In this document: in pieces, positions 19,323 through 28,577 of the stretch | Layout: each line of letters begins with the position of its first letter | Numbering within the stretch: the stretch's first letter is position 1 | Assembly (NCBI GenBank): GCA_046758965.1 | Contig: JBHIBG010000007.1 | Coordinates: 1 to 64,000, forward strand | DNA from: Candidatus Methylomirabilia bacterium | Lineage (GTDB): Bacteria; Methylomirabilota; Methylomirabilia; Rokubacteriales; CSP1-6 | Reading direction: 5' to 3' | DNA: 64,000 nt | Translations under genes and position numbers: made by a program | The notes under the pieces: model-generated | What the model saw: the letters and a program-made list of their open reading frames with translations, nothing else | Databases searched by the model: none | What the model was told of the DNA's origin: nothing

Positions 19323-19580
19323 TCCTAGAACCGGCTCGCGAAGGCGGAGATCGACCTCCGCCGGTCCATCTTGCAGGCGGCGTGCATACGATGGATTATA
19401 CGGCGGCTCTCGACAATCACAACCCATTAAGTCGCACGCTCTAGAAAACGGCGTGGGTGGGCGTGGCGGCTCTCCGGAGCAGCAGCGGTTGCCGGCGAGT
19501 GAAGACCCGGAAGGATAACCGCGCAAGAGACTTGACCCCCCTTGGAAACGGGAGAATCATGGTGTACAGGAGGCTTGCCG

Positions 19581-20555
19581 ATGATCGGCGAGACAGCCCT
19601 CACGATTCGCGCGCGCGAGTTCGAGCCGGCCTACCTCCGGCTCCCGCCGGGGGAGATCGGGCGGCGGGCGGAGGAGGCCATTGCCGCGCTCGGCTCCTGC
19701 CAGGTCTGCCCCCGCAACTGCCGGGTGGACCGCCTCCATGGCAAAGCCGCGGTCTGTAAGTCCGGGCGGCACGCGGTCGTGGCCTCGCACTTCCCTCACT
19801 TCGGGGAGGAGGACTGCCTCCGCGGCTGGAACGGCTCGGGGACCATTTTCTTCTCCTGGTGCAACCTCCGCTGCGTCTCGTGTCAGAACTTCGACATCAG
19901 CCAGAAGGGCGAGGGCGAGCCCGTGGCGCCCGAGCGGCTGGCCGAGATGATGCTGCAGCTCCAGGCCCGCGGCTGCCACAACATCAACTTCGTGACACCG
20001 GAGCACGTGGTACCGCAGATCCTTGAAGCCCTCCTGTTCGCCATCCGCAACGGGCTCAGGCTCCCGATCGTCTACAACACCAGCGCCTATGACAGCCTGG
20101 AGAGCCTCCGGTGGATGGACGGGATCGTGGACATCTACATGCCAGACTTCAAGGTCTGGAACGGCCAGGTGGCCAAGCGCTTCTTGAAGGCTCCGGACTA
20201 TCCTGAGGCGGCGCGAGCCGCGATCCGGGAGATGCACCGGCAGGTCGGCGCGCTCGTCATGGACGAGGATGGCATGGCCAAACGGGGAGTGCTGGTCCGT
20301 CACCTCGTGATGCCGGGGATGCTGGAGGAGACCCGGCAGATCATGGCATGGTTGGCCCGGGAGCTCTCCCCCGACACATACGTCAACGTGATGGGGCAGT
20401 ACTCCCCAGCCGGGGCGGTCTCTTCGGAGAAGTACGCAGAGATCAACCGGAAACTCTTCCGGGACGAGTACGAGGAAGCTGTCAGGATTGCTCGTCAGGC
20501 CGGGCTCTGGCGCCTGGATGAGCGCGGCCCGCGCCTCCGCCCGCTGTGGGGGTGA
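19581..20555 (+). CDS. Radical SAM protein, PflX-like
   Basis: N-terminal CQVCPRNC, HFGEEDCL.G..GSGTIFF, CNLRCVSC (CxxxCxxC), HNINFVTP, DIYMPDFK, VRHLVMPG. Confidence 0.92.
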   Translation: MIGETALTIRAREFEPAYLRLPPGEIGRRAEEAIAALGSCQVCPRNCRVDRLHGKAAVCKSGRHAVVASHFPHFGEEDCLRGWNGSGTIFFSWCNLRCVSCQNFDISQKGEGEPVAPERLAEMMLQLQARGCHNINFVTPEHVVPQILEALLFAIRNGLRLPIVYNTSAYDSLESLRWMDGIVDIYMPDFKVWNGQVAKRFLKAPDYPEAARAAIREMHRQVGALVMDEDGMAKRGVLVRHLVMPGMLEETRQIMAWLARELSPDTYVNVMGQYSPAGAVSSEKYAEINRKLFRDEYEEAVRIARQAGLWRLDERGPRLRPLWG

Positions 20556-20609
20556 CGGCGAGCAGGGGCAGTATCAAAATCTGGACGTGGACAGACGCGG
20601 GTCGCAGGG

Positions 20610-20789
20610 TCAGGATGATCTTGATGGAGAGCGGTCAATGGACGTGACCCACGTGATCGTCATACCGTACAGCGCATGGACCGAGCCCATCTTGCCCTGG
20701 ACGTACGCGGGGGTTCGGATCTGTCCGGCTGGGGGTTCCGCTCGGGCCCTGACGCGGTCCCCGGGCTGAAACTTGGCTGCCGGCGTCAT
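20610..20789 (-). pseudogene. Truncated nitrile hydratase beta C-terminal (SH3-like) / thiocyanate hydrolase alpha-like subunit
   Basis: FQPGDRVR....GQIRTPAYVQGKMGSV matches the NHase-beta C-terminal motif, then similarity ends after ~42 aa. ATGA overlap with the upstream gene. Confidence 0.7.
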
Positions 20790-21091
20790 CTCCGGGCCTC
20801 GATTCCCTGCAGTCTCCGGCCGATTTCTTCGCGCGTCAGGATGCCTTTTTCGATCATGAGCGTCTCGACCGCGAGGAGCCATCGCTCGTAGCACGTGCAC
20901 GCCGCATACTTCTTCGGCTCGATGCCCTCAATCGCCCGGCGCAGCTCGTCTACCCGCATCACCCGCTTGTCCGGACTCGAGAGGAGCGTGACGATCGCGT
21001 CGATCCGCTTTTCCCACCGGGACAGCTCGTGTTCGGCTCTGTCGACGGGCCCGGCGCCGGGCCATCCGCCCCGATCATGCACTCGTGGCAT
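20786..21091 (-). CDS. Nitrile hydratase beta N-terminal domain / thiocyanate hydrolase beta-like subunit
   Basis: VHDRGG, WEKR, DELRRAIE, YERW, EKGILTREE motifs. Confidence 0.85.
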   Translation of the reverse strand: MPRVHDRGGWPGAGPVDRAEHELSRWEKRIDAIVTLLSSPDKRVMRVDELRRAIEGIEPKKYAACTCYERWLLAVETLMIEKGILTREEIGRRLQGIEARR

Positions 21092-21186
21092 CGCGGGCTC
21101 CTTGTCTCCGCCTGATCTGCCTCACGTCGCGGACAGGCCGATCGTATGGCACTGGCTGCCGAAGTCAAGAACGGCGCCGTGTCCTG

Positions 21187-21927
21187 TCAGCTCATGAGCT
21201 CCATGAGTCGTCGGGCGTTCTGGACCGCGAAGGCGGCCTGGTCGTTGTTGAAGTAGATATAGACGTCCCGCCGGGTCTCGAGCCAGCTTCTGAGCCGCGT
21301 TGCATCGCCCCTCAGCATCCCATCCGGATAGGAGCCACCGTAGCGAACCCCAGTCCCGTGGCGGCGGAGGTAGACGAAGTCGGCGGTCACGGGATCCTCG
21401 ACCGGAAGCTCGTGCCAATCAGCCAGGCACAAGGCCATGTTCGCCTCGCTGAGGCGGTCAAAGATTCCGGGCTCCAGCCACGAGGGATGGCGCACCTCGA
21501 GGACGGCTCGCAGCCCAGGCACCGTCCTCTGCTTGTCGAGCCAGGCGCAGAGCGCGTTCAGCCGGTTGATATCGACCTTGAAATTCCCCGGAAGCTGGAA
21601 GAGGATCGGGCCGAGACTGGGGCCGAGGCGCTTTGCGCGCGTGAGAAAGGTGCGGAGTGGTTGGCCGACATCCTTGAGCCGCTTCACATGGGTGATGTAG
21701 CGACTGACCTTCACCGCGAAGACAAACCCCTTGGGCACGGCCTGGCGCCACGCCTGGAATCTCTCCGCTTCGGGAAGGCGGTAGAAGGGGTTGTTCAGCT
21801 CCGCCGTGTCGAAGCGCTCGGCGTAGAAGGGGAGCCAGGCGCGCTGGGGGAGTTCGGCCGGGTAGAAGGGGCCGCGCCAGTGGGGGTAGACGTAGCCGCT
21901 GGTGCCGATGAAGACCCGGCCGCCCAT
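21187..21927 (-). CDS. DUF72 (YecE-like) protein
   Basis: IGTSGY..W.G.FYP, ELN..FYRLP, ITHVKRL, LFQLP, EVRHPSW, YLRRHG, YFNND. Confidence 0.93.
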   Translation of the reverse strand: MGGRVFIGTSGYVYPHWRGPFYPAELPQRAWLPFYAERFDTAELNNPFYRLPEAERFQAWRQAVPKGFVFAVKVSRYITHVKRLKDVGQPLRTFLTRAKRLGPSLGPILFQLPGNFKVDINRLNALCAWLDKQRTVPGLRAVLEVRHPSWLEPGIFDRLSEANMALCLADWHELPVEDPVTADFVYLRRHGTGVRYGGSYPDGMLRGDATRLRSWLETRRDVYIYFNNDQAAFAVQNARRLMELMS

Positions 21928-21995
21928 CTCAGTTAGGCTAACTTTTCGCACTCGCTGGGCGTAAGACCGTCATGCGCACAGGAGGACAGCTCGGC

Positions 21996-23717
21996 TCAGG
22001 AACGTGGTCTGTAGGCCCAATTGAGCAACGATTGTACCGGCAGGGTGTTCAGGACCTGGCTGGGTCCGATCCAGGCACGGCGGGCCATGGCGATCCCCAG
22101 GGTGATGCTGTTGAGGTTGTCGAGGTAGTGCGTGTCACTGTTGATGGCGATGGGAACGCCGAGCTCGGATGCCCTCCGGGCGTGGACATCCTTCAGGTCC
22201 AGCCGCTGCCAGGAAGAGTTGATCTCCAGAGCCTTGCCGTGCCTCTTGGCCGCGGTGAAGACCCGGTCGAGGTCCACGTCGTAGGGGTCGCGCTCGCCGA
22301 TGAGCCGACCCGTGGGGTGAACCAGGATGTTCACGTAGGGGTTCTCCAGGGCTTTGACGATCCGGGCCGTCATCTCCGCTCGGCTCTGCTTGAAGCGCGA
22401 GTGAACGGCAGCCAGCACGATATCCAGCTCCTTCAGGACGTCGTCGGGAAAGTCCATGCGGCCGTCAGCGAGGATGTCGCACTCGCTGCCCGCCAGGATC
22501 CGGATCTTGTGCTTCTTTTGGAGCTCGCGGATCTTCTTGGTCTGCTCTCGGAGCTCTTCCGGGGTGAGCCCGCCGGCCACGGCGGAGGAGCGGGAGTGGT
22601 CGGAGACAATGATGTACTCGTAGCCCCGCGCCTCGGCGGCCTCGATCAGCTTCTCCAGCGGGTGGTGGCCGTCCGACCAGTCGGTGTGGGCATGCAGGTC
22701 TCCCCGGATCGCGGCGAGGTCAATCGACTCCGGAAGGCTCCCGTCCAGGGCCGCTTCGATTTCCCCGCTGTTCTCCCTGAGCTCAGGGGGGATCCACGGA
22801 AGCCCGACGGCGGCATAGACCTCCTGCTCGGTGGCGCCGGCGATTCGCGTTCCGCTGGTCTCGTCGAAGACCCCGTACTCGCTGACCTTGAGCCGTTTGC
22901 GCGAGGCGATCTCTCGCACCCGGACATTGTGGTCCTTGGACCCGGTGAAGTACTGGAGCGCGGCGCCAAAGGCGCCCGGCTCGACCACGCGGAGGTCCAC
23001 CTGGATCCCCTCCTGATGGCGGATCGAAGCCTTTGTATCGTCGTGGACGAGGAGATCCTGCGCCGACGGCAGCGCGACGAAGGTTCCCAGCACCCGGGCG
23101 GGGTCGGTGGAGGTGACCAGGATGTCAATGTCTCCCACGCTCTCCTTCATCCGACGCACCGAGCCCGCAACCTCAATCTGGCTCACCCCGCCGTGGGTGG
23201 TGAGCGTCTCCGCTAATGAGCGGGCCAGGGCCACGGCCTTGCCCAGGGGCATGCGGCTCTGGCCGGCCTTCCAGGTCGCGATGGCCTTGAGAATGTTCTC
23301 CCGTGTCTTCTCCCGGATCCCGGGCACCGTGAGGATGTCGCCGGAGCGCGTCGCCTGCTCCAGCTTTTCCACGCTGTCGATCCCGAGCCGATCGTAGAGG
23401 AGCTTGGCGGTCTTCGGGCCGAGACCGCGGACCTCCAGCAGAGCGAGGACCCCGCGCGGGACCTCTGTGCGCATCAGCTCCAGGTCGGCGATCCTCCCCG
23501 ACCTCAGGTACTCGGTGATCTTGGCGGCGAGGTCTCGGCCGACGCCAGGAATCTTCTCCAGCTCGCCGCGCCGCGCGACGGCGGCGATCTCCTCGGCGTG
23601 GGATTCCAGGTTCTGGGCGGCTCGCTGGTAGGCCCGGACGCGGAAGATATTCTCGCCCTTGATCTCCAGGAGGGCGGCTGTTTCGTAGAAGAGCTTGGCG
23701 ATCTCGAAGTTCTTCAT
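21996..23717 (-). CDS. polX: DNA polymerase X / PHP 3'-5' exonuclease
   Basis: AGSVRR..GDIDIL, VDLR, YFTGSKDHN, GDLHAHTDWSDG, SDHS, EINS..RLDL, NSDTH. Confidence 0.96.
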   Translation of the reverse strand: MKNFEIAKLFYETAALLEIKGENIFRVRAYQRAAQNLESHAEEIAAVARRGELEKIPGVGRDLAAKITEYLRSGRIADLELMRTEVPRGVLALLEVRGLGPKTAKLLYDRLGIDSVEKLEQATRSGDILTVPGIREKTRENILKAIATWKAGQSRMPLGKAVALARSLAETLTTHGGVSQIEVAGSVRRMKESVGDIDILVTSTDPARVLGTFVALPSAQDLLVHDDTKASIRHQEGIQVDLRVVEPGAFGAALQYFTGSKDHNVRVREIASRKRLKVSEYGVFDETSGTRIAGATEQEVYAAVGLPWIPPELRENSGEIEAALDGSLPESIDLAAIRGDLHAHTDWSDGHHPLEKLIEAAEARGYEYIIVSDHSRSSAVAGGLTPEELREQTKKIRELQKKHKIRILAGSECDILADGRMDFPDDVLKELDIVLAAVHSRFKQSRAEMTARIVKALENPYVNILVHPTGRLIGERDPYDVDLDRVFTAAKRHGKALEINSSWQRLDLKDVHARRASELGVPIAINSDTHYLDNLNSITLGIAMARRAWIGPSQVLNTLPVQSLLNWAYRPRS

Positions 23718-23822
23718 GCGGATCAGATCATATCATGGCCTCTAGAGCGCTGAGAGGCCGGAGCTCGCCTGCGTGGCCGGTCGACCCGGGCACGGCGCGA
23801 GTGACGCTTGTGCCATCGTTAC

Positions 23823-23850
23823 TTGACATGCCTGACCATCGAGCTATAAC
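23823..23850 (+). promoter_or_regulatory. Sigma70-type promoter
   Basis: TTGACA-16 nt-TATAAC upstream of the ArnT-like gene. Confidence 0.6.
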
Positions 23851-23934
23851 GATAGAGCTACAGTGCTGTGCGCCATGCGGGTGATGTGCGGTCTTCCCCC
23901 AGGGGCTCCCCGTCTCGGCTGGAGCTCAATTGCC

Positions 23935-25656
23935 ATGCGGGCCCCTTCCATCTGCGCCGCTCTCGTTGCTGCCCTCCTTTTCTTCGTTGGCCTCGGAGCG
24001 CCGCCGTTTATCGATCCTCCCGAAGGGTTCCACGTCCAGATCGCTCGCGAGATGGGGGAGCGTGGTGACTGGATCACCCCCCACCTGAACAGTGTCCGCT
24101 ATCTCAACAAGCCACCGCTCCCCTACTGGCTGATGGCAGCTTCGTTCCTGCCGGCGGGCCCGACCCCGTTTGCTGCGCGGGTCTGGCAGGCCCTCGCCGC
24201 AGTGGCCTTGGCCGCCCTGACCGCGCGTCTGGGCGTGTGGCTCGGGGGGCCGCGGCTCGGGCTTCTGGCCGGCCTCATGGTCGCCGCCAACCTCGGGATC
24301 TTCGTGTTTGGCCGCATCGTCAAGCCCGACCTGGTCTTCATCCTCTGCATCATGGTGGCGTTTGCCGGGTTCGCGCGCGCTTACCTCAAAGGAGAGCGCT
24401 GGCCGCTGGCGGTCTTCTACGCCGGCCTCGGCCTCGCCGCCATGGCAAAGGACATCCTGGGTGCCTTGGGACCGATGGTCGCCGTGGCCGTCTTCCTATG
24501 GCTCACGCGCGAACGGCAACCTCTCCGGTGGATCCCGTGGTGGGGTATCACGCTGTTCGCGCTGCTGGCGCTGCCGTGGTACGTGGCGGTCGAACTCCTC
24601 AACCCGGGGTTTCTCTGGTACACGGTCGTCGACAACCATCTCCTGAATTTCGCCAGGGAGCGCGTCTTTCCGGACGAGGATGTCCCGCTGAGCGCGCTCG
24701 AGTTCGTTAGTGTCACCACCCTCGCCTTCTTGCCGTGGGCGCTCGCCGTGCCGTGGGCGCTCGCCCGCGCCTTCCGGCGGCCCTGGAAGGATGCCACGGC
24801 GCGGCTTTGGATGCTGCTGGCGCTCTGGGCGGTGGTGGTCCTCGGCTTCTTTACGCTGTCACCGTTCAAGCTCCCTCACTACGGGCTGCCCGCCTTTCCG
24901 GCGCTCGCGCTACTGGTCGCGCGTGAGTGGGATGAGGCGATCGAGAGAGCGCCTGGGGCCATTTCTCCTCGGCTGCTGCTGACCCCCGTGCTCTTGCTGC
25001 TGGTGCTGGTCACGCTGGCAGTGATCGCGGTATGGGCTGGTCTCCTCGCCCTTCCGTCCGGCGCGCTCGAGGCCGTCGACGTGGCGGCGCGCAATCTGGC
25101 AGCGAAGGGGGAACGCGCGCCGCCGCTCTTCGACTGGTTCCAGCCGCTCTTTGTCGCGCTGGCCATCACGCTCGGCCTGGCTGCCTGCGCGATGGTCGTC
25201 GCGGTGTGGCGGCGTGCAGTGGGGTTCGGGTGTGGCGTTGCCCTAACCGCGATGGCGGTGTTTCTTCTGATCGCCGGCGAGGGGATCGAGCGGTTCGCCC
25301 GGAGTCGCTCGGCTGACCCGATCGTGCAGGCGCTGCTGGTCCGGGCTCGGCCTGCGGATCTGATCGTGCACGAAGGTCCATTGGAGAATAGCGGCTCCGT
25401 GCTCCTGGCGTTGCAGGACCCCGTTCGCGTGGTGGATGGTCTCCGGTCGAATTTGGCCTTCGGTGCCACATTTCCTGATGCTCGAGCGCTCTTCTGGGAT
25501 CGTTCTCGCCTTCGGGAGGAGTGGACGATGGGCCGGCGATTCCTCATCTCGGTGGTCAGTCCCGAGCAAAGCGTGGTACGCGGGCTTCCGCCGGGCACCG
25601 TCCACCTCATCGCGCGCTCCGGGAATCGGTGGCTCTACGCGAACATCGCTGAGTGA
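23935..25656 (+). CDS. ArnT/PMT-like membrane glycosyltransferase (GT39/GT83)
   Basis: AREM.ERGDWITPHLN, KPPLPYWL, MAK, LPWY, FLPW, KLPHYGLP..PALALL; many TM segments. Start uncertain. Confidence 0.88.
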   Translation: MRAPSICAALVAALLFFVGLGAPPFIDPPEGFHVQIAREMGERGDWITPHLNSVRYLNKPPLPYWLMAASFLPAGPTPFAARVWQALAAVALAALTARLGVWLGGPRLGLLAGLMVAANLGIFVFGRIVKPDLVFILCIMVAFAGFARAYLKGERWPLAVFYAGLGLAAMAKDILGALGPMVAVAVFLWLTRERQPLRWIPWWGITLFALLALPWYVAVELLNPGFLWYTVVDNHLLNFARERVFPDEDVPLSALEFVSVTTLAFLPWALAVPWALARAFRRPWKDATARLWMLLALWAVVVLGFFTLSPFKLPHYGLPAFPALALLVAREWDEAIERAPGAISPRLLLTPVLLLLVLVTLAVIAVWAGLLALPSGALEAVDVAARNLAAKGERAPPLFDWFQPLFVALAITLGLAACAMVVAVWRRAVGFGCGVALTAMAVFLLIAGEGIERFARSRSADPIVQALLVRARPADLIVHEGPLENSGSVLLALQDPVRVVDGLRSNLAFGATFPDARALFWDRSRLREEWTMGRRFLISVVSPEQSVVRGLPPGTVHLIARSGNRWLYANIAE

Positions 25657-25843
25657 ATGTGCGGGCGGGGTCTGGCACCGGAAGTATAGGGTCGCAGAAC
25701 GGAGCAGGCTCGGTGAAGGTGTCTGCGGGTTTGACGGCCTTGCCGCGCCGGAGCATGATATGGTGCGTGGCAGGATTCAGTGTGGCAGTCGGATCATCTC
25801 GGGAGCTGGCGGGGCGCCCGCGCTGAACGGTTTGAGAAGCTGG

Positions 25844-26212
25844 ATGATCGCACAGTGGGCGTGGGAACTGATCGAGCCGTATCTCGAGAGGAACCTGGCC
25901 GGGCGCGGAGTGGAGCGCCCCTCGAAAAAGGAGATGCTGGCGGAGTTCGGGCGCGTGTGGTCGGACTTCTCCGCGACCATCATGGTGCAGGAGCCCTGGA
26001 TGGGCACGATCCGATTCAAGCGCCTGGTCAAACTGCCATCTTCCGAGATGGAACGATTTCTCGAGGACCCGATGAGCTTCATCGGAGAGCGCTTCGGCGG
26101 CGGCAAATTCAAGGTAAACTTCCACTACGGCATGCACTTTGTCAGCACCAAGAACTTCAAGCCGGAGGGGCCCCCGATCTGGAAGGACCTCCCCGAGCTG
26201 GCGGAGGATTGA
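25844..26212 (+). CDS. Hypothetical protein
   Basis: Host-like codon usage from ATG 25844; globular-looking sequence; apparent operon with the next two genes. Confidence 0.7.
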   Translation: MIAQWAWELIEPYLERNLAGRGVERPSKKEMLAEFGRVWSDFSATIMVQEPWMGTIRFKRLVKLPSSEMERFLEDPMSFIGERFGGGKFKVNFHYGMHFVSTKNFKPEGPPIWKDLPELAED

Positions 26213-26215
26213 CCC

Positions 26216-26395
26216 ATGCCGAGCGATGAGACCCGTCGGATGCTGAAGGTATTTGGAGTCGCAGTCACGGCATACGAGGATGCCGTCGAGAAACGGGCCG
26301 CTCCCCAGGAGCTGGCGAAGGCTGAAGCCGAGGTCCGCACCCGTCTTCAAGAGATCACCGCCCTCATCGAGCGCCTCAACGCCAAGAAGCCGTGA
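26216..26395 (+). CDS. Small hypothetical helical protein (59 aa; not in ORF track)
   Basis: MPSDETRRMLKVFGVAVTAYEDAVEKRAAPQELAKAEAEVRTRLQEITALIERLNAKKP. GGAGG RBS; stop overlaps the next ATG (TGATG). Confidence 0.75.
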   Translation: MPSDETRRMLKVFGVAVTAYEDAVEKRAAPQELAKAEAEVRTRLQEITALIERLNAKKP

Positions 26396-27207
26396 TGCTC
26401 GGCCCTGTCACTGATGCCTCGGGTGTGGTGTTCGCCGCCCAGACCCCGCCCAGCCGCATCGTCTCTCTGATCCCGTCGATTACCGAGACGCTCTTCGCCC
26501 TGGGGCTGGGAGATGCCATAGCGGGCGTCACCATCTTCTGCGTCGAGCCGCGCCAGGGGGTGGTGGGGAAGGCCAAAGTGGGCGGCCAGAAAAACCCCAA
26601 GCTCGACCTGATCCGGTCGCTGAAACCCGATCTGGTGGTCGCCAACATCGAGGAGAACCTCAAGGAGCACGTGGAGACACTCCGGGGGTGGGGAATCCCC
26701 GTGTTCGTCACCTACCCCAGGACGGTGTGGGAAGGGATCGAGATGGTCAAGGAGCTGGGGATGGTCACCGGCGCCGATGCGCGGGCGGAGGAGGTCGCTT
26801 CAGGGCTCGAGTCCCTCTACCGGCAGGCGGTGAGCCTCTCGAAGGCGCGCGGCCCGGTCCGGGTCTTCTGCCCAATCTGGCGCAACCCCTATATGACCGT
26901 TAACCGCGACACCTACATGCACGATATGATCCGCCTCTCCGGCGGAGAGAACGTATTCGCTGATCGGCCCGAGCGCTATCCCCAGGTGAGCCTTGAGGAG
27001 GTGGCCGTGGCCCGCCCCGAGGTCATCCTGCTTCCCGACGAGCCCTACCGCTTTCGGACGGCTCACATCGCCGACTTCGAGGCGTTCGAGGACGCACCGG
27101 CGGTGCGGGACCGGCGCATCCACCTCGTGGACGGCAAGCGGCTCTGCTGGTACGGCCCGCGGATCGCGGAGGCGCTCGAGACGTTGCCGTCCCTGCTCAG
27201 AGTGTAG
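26395..27207 (+). CDS. Helical-backbone metal receptor (BtuF/cobalamin-binding-like)
   Basis: RIVSLIPSITETLFALG, VGGQKNP, LKPDLVVANIEEN, LPDEPYRF, WYGPR. Confidence 0.88.
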   Translation: MLGPVTDASGVVFAAQTPPSRIVSLIPSITETLFALGLGDAIAGVTIFCVEPRQGVVGKAKVGGQKNPKLDLIRSLKPDLVVANIEENLKEHVETLRGWGIPVFVTYPRTVWEGIEMVKELGMVTGADARAEEVASGLESLYRQAVSLSKARGPVRVFCPIWRNPYMTVNRDTYMHDMIRLSGGENVFADRPERYPQVSLEEVAVARPEVILLPDEPYRFRTAHIADFEAFEDAPAVRDRRIHLVDGKRLCWYGPRIAEALETLPSLLRV

Positions 27208-27212
27208 GCTGG

Positions 27213-27671
27213 TTACTCTACCTCCAAGATCATCTCGATCTCCACGGGGATGCCCATCGGGAGTTCGGCCATCCCCACCGCCGAGCGGGCGTGGCGACCA
27301 GCCTCACCGAACACTTCCACCATGAGATCCGAGAAGCCGTTGATGACCTTGGGGTGATCGTTGAATCCTTCAGCCGACGCCACCATTCCCAGGACCTTCA
27401 CCACACGTTTGACCTTGTCCAGACTCCCCAAGGCGGCTCGTGCCGAAGCCAGGAGACTCACCCCTACCTCCCGCGCGACCTGGTAGCCCTCCTCGACCGA
27501 GAGATCCTTCCCGAGCTTGCCGCGCCGTGTCGCCTTGCCCTCGCGAAGTGGGCCGTGACCGGCGAGGTAGAGCAGGTTTCCGACCCGCACGGATGGGATA
27601 TAGTTGGCAACGGGTTTCACTGGTTCGGGGAGGGTGATGCTCAGCTCCTTGAGTCGCGCTTCAGCTCCCAT
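27213..27671 (-). CDS. RidA/YjgF family protein
   Basis: VANYIP, LAGHGP, INGFSDL..VFGEAGRHARSAVG, PVEIE. AAGGAGG RBS. Confidence 0.93.
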   Translation of the reverse strand: MGAEARLKELSITLPEPVKPVANYIPSVRVGNLLYLAGHGPLREGKATRRGKLGKDLSVEEGYQVAREVGVSLLASARAALGSLDKVKRVVKVLGMVASAEGFNDHPKVINGFSDLMVEVFGEAGRHARSAVGMAELPMGIPVEIEMILEVE

Positions 27672-27748
27672 GATGGTGACCTCCTTGGATGTTGGCAGAG
27701 CGGCGCCATCGTGGCACAATCACTTGTCGCTGTCAACGGAGAGACCTG

Positions 27749-28552
27749 ATGAGATCACCGAGCCGCCCTGTCGAGCCGTCTCCTGCTGCTACACTGGTGC
27801 TCCTTCGTGATCGTCCTGATGAGGGGATCGAGGTCTTGCTGGTCGAGCGTCACCGGGAGAGCAAGTTCGCGGGGGGAGCCTTCGTCTTCCCTGGTGGGAG
27901 GGTCGGGTCAGAAGATCTCCTGGATGGCCTCGAGGCTCGGTGCGTTGGGATTTCAGCGGACCGCGCACAGGCCCGGCTCGGAGGCCTCACGCCTGCTGAG
28001 AAGGCCCTCGGCTACTGGGTGGCGGCGATCCGGGAAACCTTTGAAGAAGTCGGGATGCTCATGGCCTATGACCGGGATGGCAGGGTCGTGCGGTTCACCG
28101 GGACGGACGGAGAGAGGTTCGCGGCCTACCGGCGCGCCTGCCAGCAGGACGGAAACGTCTTCTGGCAGATGCTCGGGAGAGAAGCCCTCACGCTGGCCGC
28201 CGACCGCCTCGTCTACTTTGCCCACTGGGTTACCCCGGAGGAGAACTCGATTCGCTTCGATACTCGCTTCTTCGCTGCCGAGGCGCCCCCGGAGCAGGAA
28301 GCTACGGCAGATGAGCGCGAGGTCGTGGCGGTCCGTTGGCTCAAGCCGGCCGAGGCGCTGGAGGCGTATCGGCGGGGAGAGCTGTCATTGCGCCTCCCGA
28401 CGATCAAGAACCTGGAGCTGCTGGTCGGGCGCTCGGTTGCCGAGGTCGTAGCCGGCCTCAACGGTCGCTCCGTCCCGACGATCAGACCCCGGATCATCGC
28501 TGACGGCAACAGCCGCCGGGTGCTGCTCCCCACCGACCCCGGCTGGTACTGA
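27749..28552 (+). CDS. NUDIX hydrolase (NUDT19-like, probable acyl-CoA diphosphatase)
   Basis: AATLVLLRD, VFPGG, AAIRETFEEVG Nudix box, HWVTP...RFDTRFF. Confidence 0.88.
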   Translation: MRSPSRPVEPSPAATLVLLRDRPDEGIEVLLVERHRESKFAGGAFVFPGGRVGSEDLLDGLEARCVGISADRAQARLGGLTPAEKALGYWVAAIRETFEEVGMLMAYDRDGRVVRFTGTDGERFAAYRRACQQDGNVFWQMLGREALTLAADRLVYFAHWVTPEENSIRFDTRFFAAEAPPEQEATADEREVVAVRWLKPAEALEAYRRGELSLRLPTIKNLELLVGRSVAEVVAGLNGRSVPTIRPRIIADGNSRRVLLPTDPGWY

Positions 28553-28577
28553 GCCACCTCCCGCATCGGCTCCGATT

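Noticed and set aside
19860..19883. Radical SAM motif CNLRCVSC lacks the usual aromatic residue before the last Cys
   Set aside because: Single substitution with all three Cys intact; too weak to imply a new function.
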